Source: Ignavibacteria bacterium RIFCSPLOWO2_12_FULL_56_21
GTDB lineage: Bacteria; Bacteroidota; Ignavibacteria; UBA10030
Reading direction: 5' to 3'
Length of the DNA stretch: 64,000 nt
NCBI GenBank assembly: GCA_001802945.1
Contig: MHAK01000018.1
Location: forward strand, 10,941 to 74,940
In this document: positions 19,503 to 27,836 of the stretch, piece by piece
Position numbering within the stretch: the first letter of the stretch is position 1
Layout of the letters: every line of letters begins with the position of its first letter
Notes under the pieces: model-generated
The model's database searches: none
What the model was told of the DNA's origin: nothing
What the model saw: the letters and a program-made list of their open reading frames with translations, nothing else
Position numbers and translations under genes: made by a program

Positions 19503-21341
19503 ATGTGCGGAATCGTGGGATATCTTGGATTTCGAGAGCCGTTGCCGATCATTCTCGACGGACTTCGTCGGTTGGAATATCGCGGCTACGACTCGGCAGG
19601 TGTGGCGCTAAATCGCAATGGCTGCATCACTGTGCGGAAAAGTGCGGGCAAGGTTGCCGAGCTGGCGGCCCAGGTGGAATCGAACCCGGAGTACGCGGGA
19701 GCCCGGGCGGGAATGGGTCATTCTCGCTGGGCTACGCACGGTGAACCAAACGATGTGAACGCGCATCCGCATGTCGATTGCACGGGCAGGGTCGCGGTCA
19801 TCCACAACGGCATCATCGAGAATTATGCCGCATTGAAGACTCAGCTGCAACACCGCGGGCACGTGTTTGCGAGCGCCACAGACACGGAAGTCCTGGCGCA
19901 TCTTATTGAAGACTTTCTCCGAACGACACCGGACCTGTATGGGGCGGTCAAAGCATCCTTGCGGGAGGTTCGCGGTACGTACGGTCTTGTCGTGATGGAC
20001 GCGCATGCTCCGGAGGTCATGATCGCCGCGCGCATGGGAAGTCCGTTGATCATCGGTGTTGGTGAGGGGGAGCACATCATTGCGTCCGACGCGGCAGCTA
20101 TAGTCGCCCATACGAGACAAGTGGTCTATTTGAACGATGGAGAGGTCAGCGAAGTGAGGCCCGACGGGATGCGGACGTCAACGATCTTTGACGTGCCGAT
20201 TTCAAAAGAGATCACTAACGTAACAATTGAACTTTCCCAGATTGAAAGGGGCGGATACGAACATTTCATGTTAAAGGAGATCCACGAGCAGCCGGAAACG
20301 ATTCGAAACGGCATGCGGGGCCGGTTGCGGGTTGAAGACGGGGAGGTCAAACTTGGCGGACTTGAACATGTGCGCGACAAGCTCGTCCAGGCGAAACGGA
20401 TTGTGCTTATCGGATGCGGTACGTCCTGGCATGCCGGTCTCGTCGGCGAATATATGCTTGAACAGATCGCCAAGGTTCCGGTGGAGGTCGAATATGCCTC
20501 GGAATATAGGTACCGCAGTCCGCTTGTTGGCAAAGACGACGTTGTTTTCCTCATCAGTCAGAGCGGAGAAACGGCCGATACGCTGGCTGCGTTGCGCGAG
20601 GCGAAGCGTCATGGCGCGACGGTGCTGGGGATCGTCAATGTCGTGGGAAGCACCATTCCCCGCGAAACGGACGGCGGAATGTACGTCCATGCGGGTCCCG
20701 AGATCGGGGTCGCATCTACGAAGGCCTTCACGTCGCAGTTGACGGCGCTTGGCCTGATCACTATCATGATCGCCCGGGCGAAGGGTCTTCCGCGGGAAGA
20801 GGCGAATGTGCTTACCAGGGAGTTGGCCTCCATCCCAGATAAGGTTGCGCGAGTGCTTGCACAATCCGACGCCATCAAGCAACTTGCTCAAGAGTTCAAA
20901 GACTCACGGAATTTTCTTTTTCTCGGCAGGGGTGCGAATTTCCCCGTCGCCTTGGAAGGCGCCCTCAAGCTGAAGGAAATCTCTTATATCCATGCGGAAG
21001 GTTATCCGGCAGCCGAAATGAAGCATGGTCCGATTGCGCTCATTGACGAGCATATGCCGGTAGTGTTCGTCGTGCCGAAAGATGCCATCTACGAAAAAGT
21101 ACTAAGTAACATCCACGAAGTTCGCGCACGGAAGGGACAGATCATTGCCATCGCCAATGAGGACGACACCGAGATCGACAAACTTGCGGACCATGTCATA
21201 CGTGTTCCACGAACGTATGGATTCTTCGGTCCGATCGTGAATGTCATTCCACTGCAGCTTCTGGCATACTATATTGCTGTTGCCAGAGGGACAAACGTCG
21301 ACCAACCCCGGAATCTTGCCAAAAGCGTAACAGTAGAGTAG
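19503..21341 (+). CDS. glmS: Glutamine--fructose-6-phosphate aminotransferase
   Basis: N-terminal MCGIVGY (catalytic Cys2), glutaminase and two SIS domains, C-terminal ...VDQPRNLAKSVTVE; ATGA overlap with yfiH. Confidence 0.95.
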   Translation: MCGIVGYLGFREPLPIILDGLRRLEYRGYDSAGVALNRNGCITVRKSAGKVAELAAQVESNPEYAGARAGMGHSRWATHGEPNDVNAHPHVDCTGRVAVIHNGIIENYAALKTQLQHRGHVFASATDTEVLAHLIEDFLRTTPDLYGAVKASLREVRGTYGLVVMDAHAPEVMIAARMGSPLIIGVGEGEHIIASDAAAIVAHTRQVVYLNDGEVSEVRPDGMRTSTIFDVPISKEITNVTIELSQIERGGYEHFMLKEIHEQPETIRNGMRGRLRVEDGEVKLGGLEHVRDKLVQAKRIVLIGCGTSWHAGLVGEYMLEQIAKVPVEVEYASEYRYRSPLVGKDDVVFLISQSGETADTLAALREAKRHGATVLGIVNVVGSTIPRETDGGMYVHAGPEIGVASTKAFTSQLTALGLITIMIARAKGLPREEANVLTRELASIPDKVARVLAQSDAIKQLAQEFKDSRNFLFLGRGANFPVALEGALKLKEISYIHAEGYPAAEMKHGPIALIDEHMPVVFVVPKDAIYEKVLSNIHEVRARKGQIIAIANEDDTEIDKLADHVIRVPRTYGFFGPIVNVIPLQLLAYYIAVARGTNVDQPRNLAKSVTVE

Positions 21342-21410
21342 TTCGTTTTCCTTGACTTTCCTCGGAATAGTGCTAACTTCAATCGTCGCCTAGACTTGTG
21401 AGGACTTTCA

Positions 21411-22259
21411 GTGAGTAATTCACCTATACGATTCAAGAATACAGATTGGGCTTTGATTCTTGGTGCTTCAAGCGGGTTCGGCGGAGCAACTTCCGTAGCA
21501 CTTGCCGAGCATGGCATGAATATCTGCGGTGTTCACTTCGACAGGGCGCAGACCATGCACCTTGTGGACGATGTTAAGAAAAAAGTAACGGCGGCTGGGG
21601 TACGATCTATGTTCTTCAACGTCAATGCTGCCGATGCACAAAAGCGTGGCGAGATCCTGGAAGCGCTGAAGAAAGAAACGGGAAAATCGCCCGATGGATT
21701 CGTCAGGGTCTTGATGCATTCTCTGGCATTCGGGACATTGAAGCCCTATATCTCAGAGAATTCGGAAGAAATGGTGACGCAGGCGCAGATCGAAATGACG
21801 ATGGACGTCATGGCGAATTCGGTTGTCTATTGGACACAAGGAGCGTTCTCGCAAGGCCTGTTGCGGAAAGGGAGCAGGATCTTTGGGATGACCAGTAGTG
21901 GCGGGCGAACTCAGATTCCGTATTACGGGGCGGTCTCGGCGGCAAAGACGGCACTTGAATCGCATCTTCGGCAATTGAACATGGAATTAGGAGCATGGGG
22001 GATCACCTGCAATGCTATCATGGCGGGTGTCACGGATACACCGGCTCTGAGAAAGATCCCGGGCGCCGATAAGATGATCAACACCGCACGCGCAAAGAAT
22101 CCTCAAATGCGATTGACGACGCCCGAAGACATCGGCAAGTTTATCGTTCTTATGTCGCATGAGTATGGCGATTTCGTTGCAGGAAACGTTCTCGGAGTTG
22201 ATGCCGGAGAAGAAACCGTGAGCTTCATCGGTCAAAAAAGCGCTCGGTCGCTCGACTGA
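21411..22259 (+). CDS. SDR-superfamily oxidoreductase, enoyl-reductase-like (Tyr-x6-Lys)
   Basis: N-terminal GASSGFGGATSVALAEHG dinucleotide-binding motif; YGAVSAAK active-site spacing resembles FabI/FabL-type enoyl-ACP reductases. Confidence 0.5.
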   Translation: MSNSPIRFKNTDWALILGASSGFGGATSVALAEHGMNICGVHFDRAQTMHLVDDVKKKVTAAGVRSMFFNVNAADAQKRGEILEALKKETGKSPDGFVRVLMHSLAFGTLKPYISENSEEMVTQAQIEMTMDVMANSVVYWTQGAFSQGLLRKGSRIFGMTSSGGRTQIPYYGAVSAAKTALESHLRQLNMELGAWGITCNAIMAGVTDTPALRKIPGADKMINTARAKNPQMRLTTPEDIGKFIVLMSHEYGDFVAGNVLGVDAGEETVSFIGQKSARSLD

Positions 22260-22297
22260 CCGTTGACTTCCCTTGGAACATTCGCTATATTTCAAAG

Positions 22298-22328
22298 TGG
22301 TGCAGGTTGTGCTGCACCACTTTTTTTT
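22298..22328 (+). terminator. Rho-independent terminator after the SDR gene
   Basis: Stem gtggtgcag/ctgcaccac with loop gttgt, followed by tttttttt. Confidence 0.7.
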
Positions 22329-22334
22329 CGTTAG

Positions 22335-22456
22335 AAATTGTCGGATCCCGCCAAAAAACGGCGGGGATCCTGAGAATTTCAAACACGTAGCTTCGGTCGC
22401 TTCCTGCGACCTCGCTAAGTGTAGAAATTTTCGGACAGGTAGCTCAGTTCCAATTC
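22335..22456 (+). repeat. Direct repeat unit 1 (about 120 bp, two hairpins) ending in a 17-nt copy of the tRNA-Phe 5' end
   Basis: Hairpin ggatcccgcc-aaaaaacg-gcggggatcc, hairpin ggtcgc-ttcc-tgcgacc, then gaaattttcGGACAGGTAGCTCAGTT, which matches tRNA-Phe positions 1-17. Confidence 0.6.
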
Positions 22457-22562
22457 GACTGAACTTGCCGAACGGAGTGAAGGTAAGTTCAAGGTCGAAT
22501 TGAGAATCCCGCCGAAAGGCGGGATTGGTAGGACAGAGTTACACGATAAACAGATACATTTG

Positions 22563-22679
22563 GAGATTTTCGGATCCCGCCAAAAAACGGGCGGGATCCT
22601 GAAAATTTCACAAACTTAACTTCGGTGGGTTCCACCCACCTCGTTAAGTTTGGAAATTTTCGGACAGGTAGCTCAGTTG
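22563..22679 (+). repeat. Direct repeat unit 2 (about 117 bp), leading into the intact tRNA-Phe
   Basis: About 80% identical to unit 1. Hairpin ggatcccgcc-aaaaaacg-ggcgggatcc and hairpin aacttaac..ggtggg-ttcc-acccacc..gttaagtt. The inner stem differs from unit 1 by compensatory changes. Confidence 0.6.
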
Positions 22680-22733
22680 GTAGAGCAATGGACTGAAAAT
22701 CCATGTGTCGGCGGTTCGATTCCGTCCCTGTCC
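22661..22733 (+). tRNA. tRNA-Phe (anticodon GAA)
   Basis: 73-nt cloverleaf. Acceptor GGACAGG/CCTGTCC, D-arm GCTC-AGTTGGTA-GAGC, anticodon stem ATGGA/TCCAT with loop CTGAAAA (anticodon GAA), T-arm GGCGG-TTCGATT-CCGTC. Confidence 0.85.
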
Positions 22734-23139
22734 ACGAAAGTCACATCACTCATGGAGCTGAGCGACTGTAACTGATCGGTGACTTTCAGTGTCCCGACAT
22801 GCTTCTAGTCGGGACCCATTCATCGTGCAAATGTCCGCCGCGACTTTCAATCTGTATTCCGCCCACTGCCTACTCTCAATCACGTTTTCATCTTTTCAAG
22901 ATACTCGGCCTCGCCTGCCAATTTTCGCATTCCAATTTCTTCCTTCGCCGCCCTGCCCAATAGCTGCAACAATCGTCCGGCGGGATTTCCGCATCTTCTT
23001 TTCTTTTCGCGTCTGATGGCTACACCTTTCCTTGATCCTTGCAAAACACATCCTCGAGTATCAATCCTCACATGCCGCATTGCGGTGACGTATGCCTCGC
23101 CGGGATATTGCGAAAACATGGAGTGCCATCGTGGGAAGG

Positions 23140-24609
23140 TCAGATCCGCGCCAGGTCGCGCATCAGGGCCTCGTGAACTGGGCCTTCGGCTGCGAGATAG
23201 GACGCGAAACAGGAGGCGATCTCGTCGGCGTGACGCGCCGCCTTGGGGTCGCTACGAGAGGTGGTCCATGCGGAGAGATTCAGGAGTTGGCATGGTTCCA
23301 ACAGTTGAAGAAGATCCATCAGGTCGAGAGAGGCGGAATACTTCAAAAGCGCCGTGCGCGTATTCCTGAGGCGCGCAGCTATGCACGCGGATTGAGTCAT
23401 CTTGGAAATGAGCGACTGTGAAGAGACTGGAAAAGCATTGGAAGCAAGCACTTGGCCTTGTGCGGTCACATGCAATTCGTCCCCGTCGAAGAACGATGCT
23501 GCGTCATTACCCATTGGCGTTCCCGGGAACAACATCAGTCGGAACACATTGATCGCCCGAAATCCCAGGTCAAGCACGTCTTTCAGTGTGCGTTCAAATC
23601 CTTCTGGTGAATCTCCAGGGAGTCCCACGATCACGTCCGCAGGAATGTCGGGAAATTCGCGGAGAAGAAGTCCGATGGCGGCGCGGTGCCGGTGCGTAGC
23701 CTGGCGGCCGATTCGCCGAAGGCATGCGGGATTCGTGGATTCAATGCCGATCGAAATCATCTCTATTCCGGCATCTCTGGCGAGGGTGACATATTCTCGG
23801 TCCACATGTGTGAGGTCAGGGTATGCCTTGATGCTCGTCTGCCGATTGACCCGTCCAAGGAGCGCGAAGATCTTTTTTGCCCGGTCACGTGTCCCCCCAA
23901 AATGCGCATCACAGATCCGGAGATGGCGCACGCCGTGCCGGCACAAAAAGGGAAGCTCCTGCTCTATCAGCGTGTCATCCAGAATCGTCATATTGCCGTC
24001 GGGATATTGACAATACGCGCATCGCGACCGACAACCTGCGACAGTCTCATAGGACACTTCTGAAACGGAACTGATGCATTGCATTACGTCGGTGTTCGCT
24101 TCGTGGAAGATTACTCCTCGCCCCGGTTCTGGGTCGGGGCGTACAGGCATATGGACGATCCGGTTGTCGGTCCTGAAACTGATGCAGTCGACGGCGTCGA
24201 ATGGTTTGTGGGATGCAATAGCTTCGAGTACGCGAACCAGGGGTCGTTCTCCCGCGCCACGGATGACAACATCAACGGCGTTGTGGTGCATCAAGATCTC
24301 TTCTGCGGCCGCCGTTGAATTTACCTGTGGACCGCCGAGCAGAACTCGTGCTTTTGGCAAGAGAAGTTTTACTGTGGAGGCCGCATCGAGGAATGCAGGA
24401 AGGGACCAGTAGTGGCAGGAAAAACCGACTGCATCCGGCGTCCAAGTGCCAATTGCCTGCACCAGAAGGTCGTTGGCGGGGATTCCTGCCGTCGGAATGT
24501 CAAGGGCACGTACACTGATCGGAAAAGCACACCGGCTGTGCAGAGCCTCCTTGAGGTACCACTCTGCCAGCGAGAATCCTTGCCATGAGTGCACAAACAA
24601 GAATTTCAT
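23140..24609 (-). CDS. B12-binding (class B) radical SAM protein
   Basis: 489 aa. N-terminal cobalamin-binding-like domain, then CRSRCAYC (CxxxCxxC) radical-SAM motif. Last gene of the six-gene minus-strand operon. Confidence 0.75.
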   Translation of the reverse strand: MKFLFVHSWQGFSLAEWYLKEALHSRCAFPISVRALDIPTAGIPANDLLVQAIGTWTPDAVGFSCHYWSLPAFLDAASTVKLLLPKARVLLGGPQVNSTAAAEEILMHHNAVDVVIRGAGERPLVRVLEAIASHKPFDAVDCISFRTDNRIVHMPVRPDPEPGRGVIFHEANTDVMQCISSVSEVSYETVAGCRSRCAYCQYPDGNMTILDDTLIEQELPFLCRHGVRHLRICDAHFGGTRDRAKKIFALLGRVNRQTSIKAYPDLTHVDREYVTLARDAGIEMISIGIESTNPACLRRIGRQATHRHRAAIGLLLREFPDIPADVIVGLPGDSPEGFERTLKDVLDLGFRAINVFRLMLFPGTPMGNDAASFFDGDELHVTAQGQVLASNAFPVSSQSLISKMTQSACIAARLRNTRTALLKYSASLDLMDLLQLLEPCQLLNLSAWTTSRSDPKAARHADEIASCFASYLAAEGPVHEALMRDLARI

Positions 24610-24636
24610 TTCAGTGATATTGCTTGGGCAGGATTT

Positions 24637-24987
24637 CTACCAGCTGACAATGTAGTAGTTGTAGTAGTAGTTGTAGTAGTTGTTGTATGCGTGATAATAG
24701 TTGCTGTAGCTGCTGTAACTGCCATAGCTGCCGTAGCTGGAATAATTTCCATAGCTTGTATAACTGCTGTAGTTACTATAGCTCGTGTAGCTGCTATAGC
24801 TGGCGTAGCTGTTGTACTTTTCCGGTTCGAACGGATTATCACATCCGGGAATCAGTTGGGCCCCGAGCGAACCGGCGAGCGCGGCAAATGCAATCCTCCG
24901 AAGTGCCTCCCGGCGTTTCATCGAGGGGGCAGAAGGTGCAGCGGGCAATTCGGTCCCGTCGTCAGGTTCGGTATGTTCAGTGGTCAT
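24637..24987 (-). CDS. Ser/Asn/Tyr-rich (X-X-Y)n repeat peptide with Tat/lipobox-like leader; candidate RiPP precursor
   Basis: 116 aa. Strong SD AAGGAG 6 nt upstream of the ATG; start overlaps the upstream GT stop (ATGA). Leader MKRREALRRIAFAALAGSLGAQLIPGC. Core NSYASYSSYTSYSNYSSYTSYGNYSSYGSYGSYSSYSNYYHAYNNYYNYYYNYYIVSW has perfect 3-residue periodicity. Confidence 0.55.
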   Translation of the reverse strand: MTTEHTEPDDGTELPAAPSAPSMKRREALRRIAFAALAGSLGAQLIPGCDNPFEPEKYNSYASYSSYTSYSNYSSYTSYGNYSSYGSYGSYSSYSNYYHAYNNYYNYYYNYYIVSW

Positions 24988-25856
24988 GATCCGCTCCTTT
25001 GCAAGAGGTTTTCTATGGCGCTAGTGAGTTGAGCCGGGAGAATGGTGTTCAAGCAATGACGCGCTTCCATTGGACAAGGCAGGAAGTAGTGGTCGGGATG
25101 CTTGGGGCCGAGGCAATGCTCCCGTTCCTGGCAATATTCTCGTGAACCCTTGAGGTGAATTTGCTCTGGATATCCATACACGTGTGGGTCCGTCGGGCCC
25201 CACACAACGACGGCCGGCACTCCCACGAGATGTGCAACGTGCACAAAGAAATTGTCCACCGTCACAATGGCACTGCATCGACAGGCAAGCCCGATGGCTT
25301 GGGCCGGTGAAGTGACACCAAGCAGGGAATACGCTCCCTTGATATGGGTATCTTGGTGTTGGCCGAGTTGCAGTACAAAGAGCCCCTCTTTTCGCAGCAA
25401 CTGTACCAGATCAATCCAGACGTGCAACGGCATCATTTTCCTTGGTGCATCGGATGAAGGAGCGATCAGCACAACGCAACTCCGATTCCAGGGAATCATG
25501 TTTTCCAATGATCCGGCAGCGGCAAATCCGCCGGGGAAGTACAATCGTTCTTCAACCGGCGTGGGAAGTCCGAACATTCGTGCAAGAATCTGAAAGGCCC
25601 TCCGGTCCCCGGATCCCAATTCTTCCCTGCTCCAATAATCCGTCCGGACGATTGTCGCGTCGGGTGGTGGGAAACCAATTTCCTCTATTGCCGGGTGCCC
25701 CGCAAGAATGCCCTGGTACCTCGTCCGTCGTACCAAACGGAAACGGCGTGACGGCTGATGCTCGATCACCTGCTTAAGCACGCCGGAAAGCATGAGACTG
25801 TCCCCCAAGCCTCCTATGGGATTGATCCATTCACTTTGTCCGGGCATGTCAGGCAT
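24984..25856 (-). CDS. Glycosyltransferase family 9 (heptosyltransferase-like)
   Basis: 290 aa. N-terminal GGLGDSLMLSGVLKQV motif and overall GT-B RfaF/RfaC-like pattern; 8-nt overlap with the upstream rSAM gene. Confidence 0.6.
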   Translation of the reverse strand: MPDMPGQSEWINPIGGLGDSLMLSGVLKQVIEHQPSRRFRLVRRTRYQGILAGHPAIEEIGFPPPDATIVRTDYWSREELGSGDRRAFQILARMFGLPTPVEERLYFPGGFAAAGSLENMIPWNRSCVVLIAPSSDAPRKMMPLHVWIDLVQLLRKEGLFVLQLGQHQDTHIKGAYSLLGVTSPAQAIGLACRCSAIVTVDNFFVHVAHLVGVPAVVVWGPTDPHVYGYPEQIHLKGSREYCQEREHCLGPKHPDHYFLPCPMEARHCLNTILPAQLTSAIENLLQRSGS

Positions 25857-26985
25857 GGGTGTTTTCCGACAAGGAACCTACGGGTGCAGGGAAGTCCGCG
25901 TGTAGTCCAGTGACTGGTTCGATATATCGTTCGATAAGCCTTTTTGTGGCGGCGCAATTCGGGGACTTATGCATATACGTTCCGTAGTGTTGCTTCGATT
26001 CCAATGGGCAGCCGCCATGGCAGATTCCCCACAGCCGGCACTCCCGGCACTCGGTTTCAGGAAGCAGCGATTGACGCTGTAAAAATGCGTCGCGCCGGGC
26101 ATCATGAAGAATAGATTCCAAGGTGCAGTCCTGGATCCGGCCGTATGATTCCATGTTGTAATCACCCGCTTTTCCGCATTGCGACGTGTGGCCCTCCGGA
26201 CCGATGTATACCCATTCATATGTGCAGGAACCCGAGGACTCGCAGACCAATCCTACGTTGCGATCCCGGAGACTCCGGATAATTCCTTCAAACGGTTTTA
26301 CGTGAGGGAATCGGACTCGATGTTTCCACCACACGGGGAAAATAGCGCCCAGAAAGTCGGCGAATTCCTCCGGAGTAATTGCCAGCTCGTGTTCGTCCGA
26401 ACCATACACCCAAACCATGTTGAAGTTTGGCTGCGATCGTAAATTCATGTTCGTCAGGTGATAGAACAGCTCCAGCGGTATGGCAAGAGATTTCCGGTGA
26501 ACAACATAGATAACTCCCCAGTAGATATTGTTTTCTTCGAGCAATTCCACTGACCGCATGAACGCGCGGTTGTAGGCGTCGGAATCCCGGTTCTTGCCGA
26601 ATCCCCGCAATCCGGGAATCGGCTCATAACTGGAGCCAATCTGACGAATCCCGAGCTGTCGGAACACTTCGATCAATTCCTGAGTCAACAGCGTCAAGTT
26701 CGATTGTACGAGGTGTTCGATTCTGTCTTGTGTTTGGGGACAATGCTTTTTTTGGTGTTCAAGCGCAAGTCTGAAATACTCCGGTCCGAGCAAGCATACT
26801 TCGCCGCCATGCCAGGTCAGGGTCATCGTTTCCCGGGGATGGGCGCAGAGGTATTCATTGATTCGCTGGAAGACTAGCTCGAGCAGAGAAGACGAAAGAA
26901 TCGTGTTTTGACGCTTCTTGATCACGTCGCAATAAATACAGTTGGAATTGCACCGCTCGACGGCCTTGAATATAATTACCGGCAT
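25849..26985 (-). CDS. Radical SAM / SPASM-domain protein (anSME-like peptide-modifying enzyme)
   Basis: 378 aa. CNSNCIYC (CxxxCxxC) at residues 12-19; C-terminal Cys cluster CGKAG...CRECRLWGICHGGC typical of SPASM auxiliary Fe-S domains. Confidence 0.8.
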   Translation of the reverse strand: MPVIIFKAVERCNSNCIYCDVIKKRQNTILSSSLLELVFQRINEYLCAHPRETMTLTWHGGEVCLLGPEYFRLALEHQKKHCPQTQDRIEHLVQSNLTLLTQELIEVFRQLGIRQIGSSYEPIPGLRGFGKNRDSDAYNRAFMRSVELLEENNIYWGVIYVVHRKSLAIPLELFYHLTNMNLRSQPNFNMVWVYGSDEHELAITPEEFADFLGAIFPVWWKHRVRFPHVKPFEGIIRSLRDRNVGLVCESSGSCTYEWVYIGPEGHTSQCGKAGDYNMESYGRIQDCTLESILHDARRDAFLQRQSLLPETECRECRLWGICHGGCPLESKQHYGTYMHKSPNCAATKRLIERYIEPVTGLHADFPAPVGSLSENTHA

Positions 26986-27836
26986 TCGTCCATCCTCCCG
27001 TCGTCGCGTTTACGGCGATAGAAGTCGGCCGCGTCCAAGAGGTCCGAAAAGAATTCCGAACATCCGGTCGTTGGGGGGACTGCATCTGCGTACTTGCCCA
27101 GACAAACTCTCCATCCCGGGCAGGACGCACACGAGCTCATCTCGAGAAATCTCTTCCGCCATGCGTACTGTGATTTCCGGAATGCAGGCGACGCCGTGAT
27201 CGTTTCCAGCGCCCCGAGACCCTTCGCTAGAATTCGACCGCTTTGCAGATCCTCTTGGGTCAACGCGATCTCTTCCCGGTTGTTCACATGGAGGTATTGA
27301 CCCGGTGCATTGAAATACGCAGCATCGAAATCGGTCATCTTCTCGGGATGGTAATGAGTCACGACGTAGTTAAACGGCTCGATGGGAGCGTGCGGGGCCT
27401 TGCAGTAGACAGCATAATGCATCAGGTCGTTCAGTTCCTGCCAGCGGTCAAACGAAGCATCAACGATCAGTCCGCAGGAAATTCCCAGTGAAGAGAGAAT
27501 GTGCAGGTCGACGAAGGCGCTTGGGAGGTGAGCCGGAATGAATATGCGCAGGGGAAGACGCCGGAGCAACGGCATGCGAGGCGAGAGGCCCTTTACCGAT
27601 GCGATCCCGGCGCAGCGGATGACAAGTGTCACACCTGCCCAGCGACTTTCGATTGGAATATCGTCCAGCGGTTGGTCAGAATCCAACCACACAGCGTGCA
27701 ATGCGTTGGTGCCGTTGGTCCGGACAGCCAAAGAAGCTATCGCTGCCGGATCACGAGTACGAATCACGAGTGCCTGGCCACGCATTCGGGTAAGGAGCAC
27801 CGGTTCGTCGGGACACACAATGATTGGCTCGTTCAC
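26976..27836 (-). CDS. Hypothetical protein with C-terminal SPASM-like Cys cluster but no CxxxCxxC motif
   Basis: 286 aa. SSCASCPGWRVCLGKY...TGCSEFF cysteine cluster near the C-terminus; no radical-SAM core motif. Translationally coupled between two rSAM genes. Confidence 0.5.
   Translation of the reverse strand: MNEPIIVCPDEPVLLTRMRGQALVIRTRDPAAIASLAVRTNGTNALHAVWLDSDQPLDDIPIESRWAGVTLVIRCAGIASVKGLSPRMPLLRRLPLRIFIPAHLPSAFVDLHILSSLGISCGLIVDASFDRWQELNDLMHYAVYCKAPHAPIEPFNYVVTHYHPEKMTDFDAAYFNAPGQYLHVNNREEIALTQEDLQSGRILAKGLGALETITASPAFRKSQYAWRKRFLEMSSCASCPGWRVCLGKYADAVPPTTGCSEFFSDLLDAADFYRRKRDDGRMDECR

Noticed and set aside
19440-19503. glmS ribozyme upstream of glmS
   Set aside because: glmS starts by ATGA overlap with the upstream yfiH gene, so there is no leader region that could hold the ribozyme.
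21341-21411. Promoter-like TTGACTTT...TAACTTCA upstream of the SDR gene
   Set aside because: Spacing and -10 quality are poor compared with the three clear TTGACA-17-TATATT sites, so it was not reported as a feature.
22335-22679. CRISPR array near tRNA-Phe
   Set aside because: There are only two long (~115 bp) imperfect repeats, separated by a hairpin-rich segment and each ending in tRNA sequence. There is no short regular repeat/spacer periodicity and no cas genes in the window.
22880-23119. 79-aa minus-strand ORF immediately downstream of the B12-rSAM gene (possible extra cluster member)
   Set aside because: No RBS, basic low-complexity composition, no motif; it lies in the region between the operon end and the tRNA-Phe-flanking hairpins, so it is more likely non-coding.
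24589-25032. Plus-strand 147-aa ORF encoding poly-Val/Ile/Ala low-complexity protein (VVVVVVVVVV...)
   Set aside because: It is the antisense reading of the codon-periodic GTAGTAGTT... DNA repeat. It has no RBS and no sensible N-terminus, whereas the minus-strand ORF has a strong SD, an ATGA coupling to the upstream gene and a signal-like leader.
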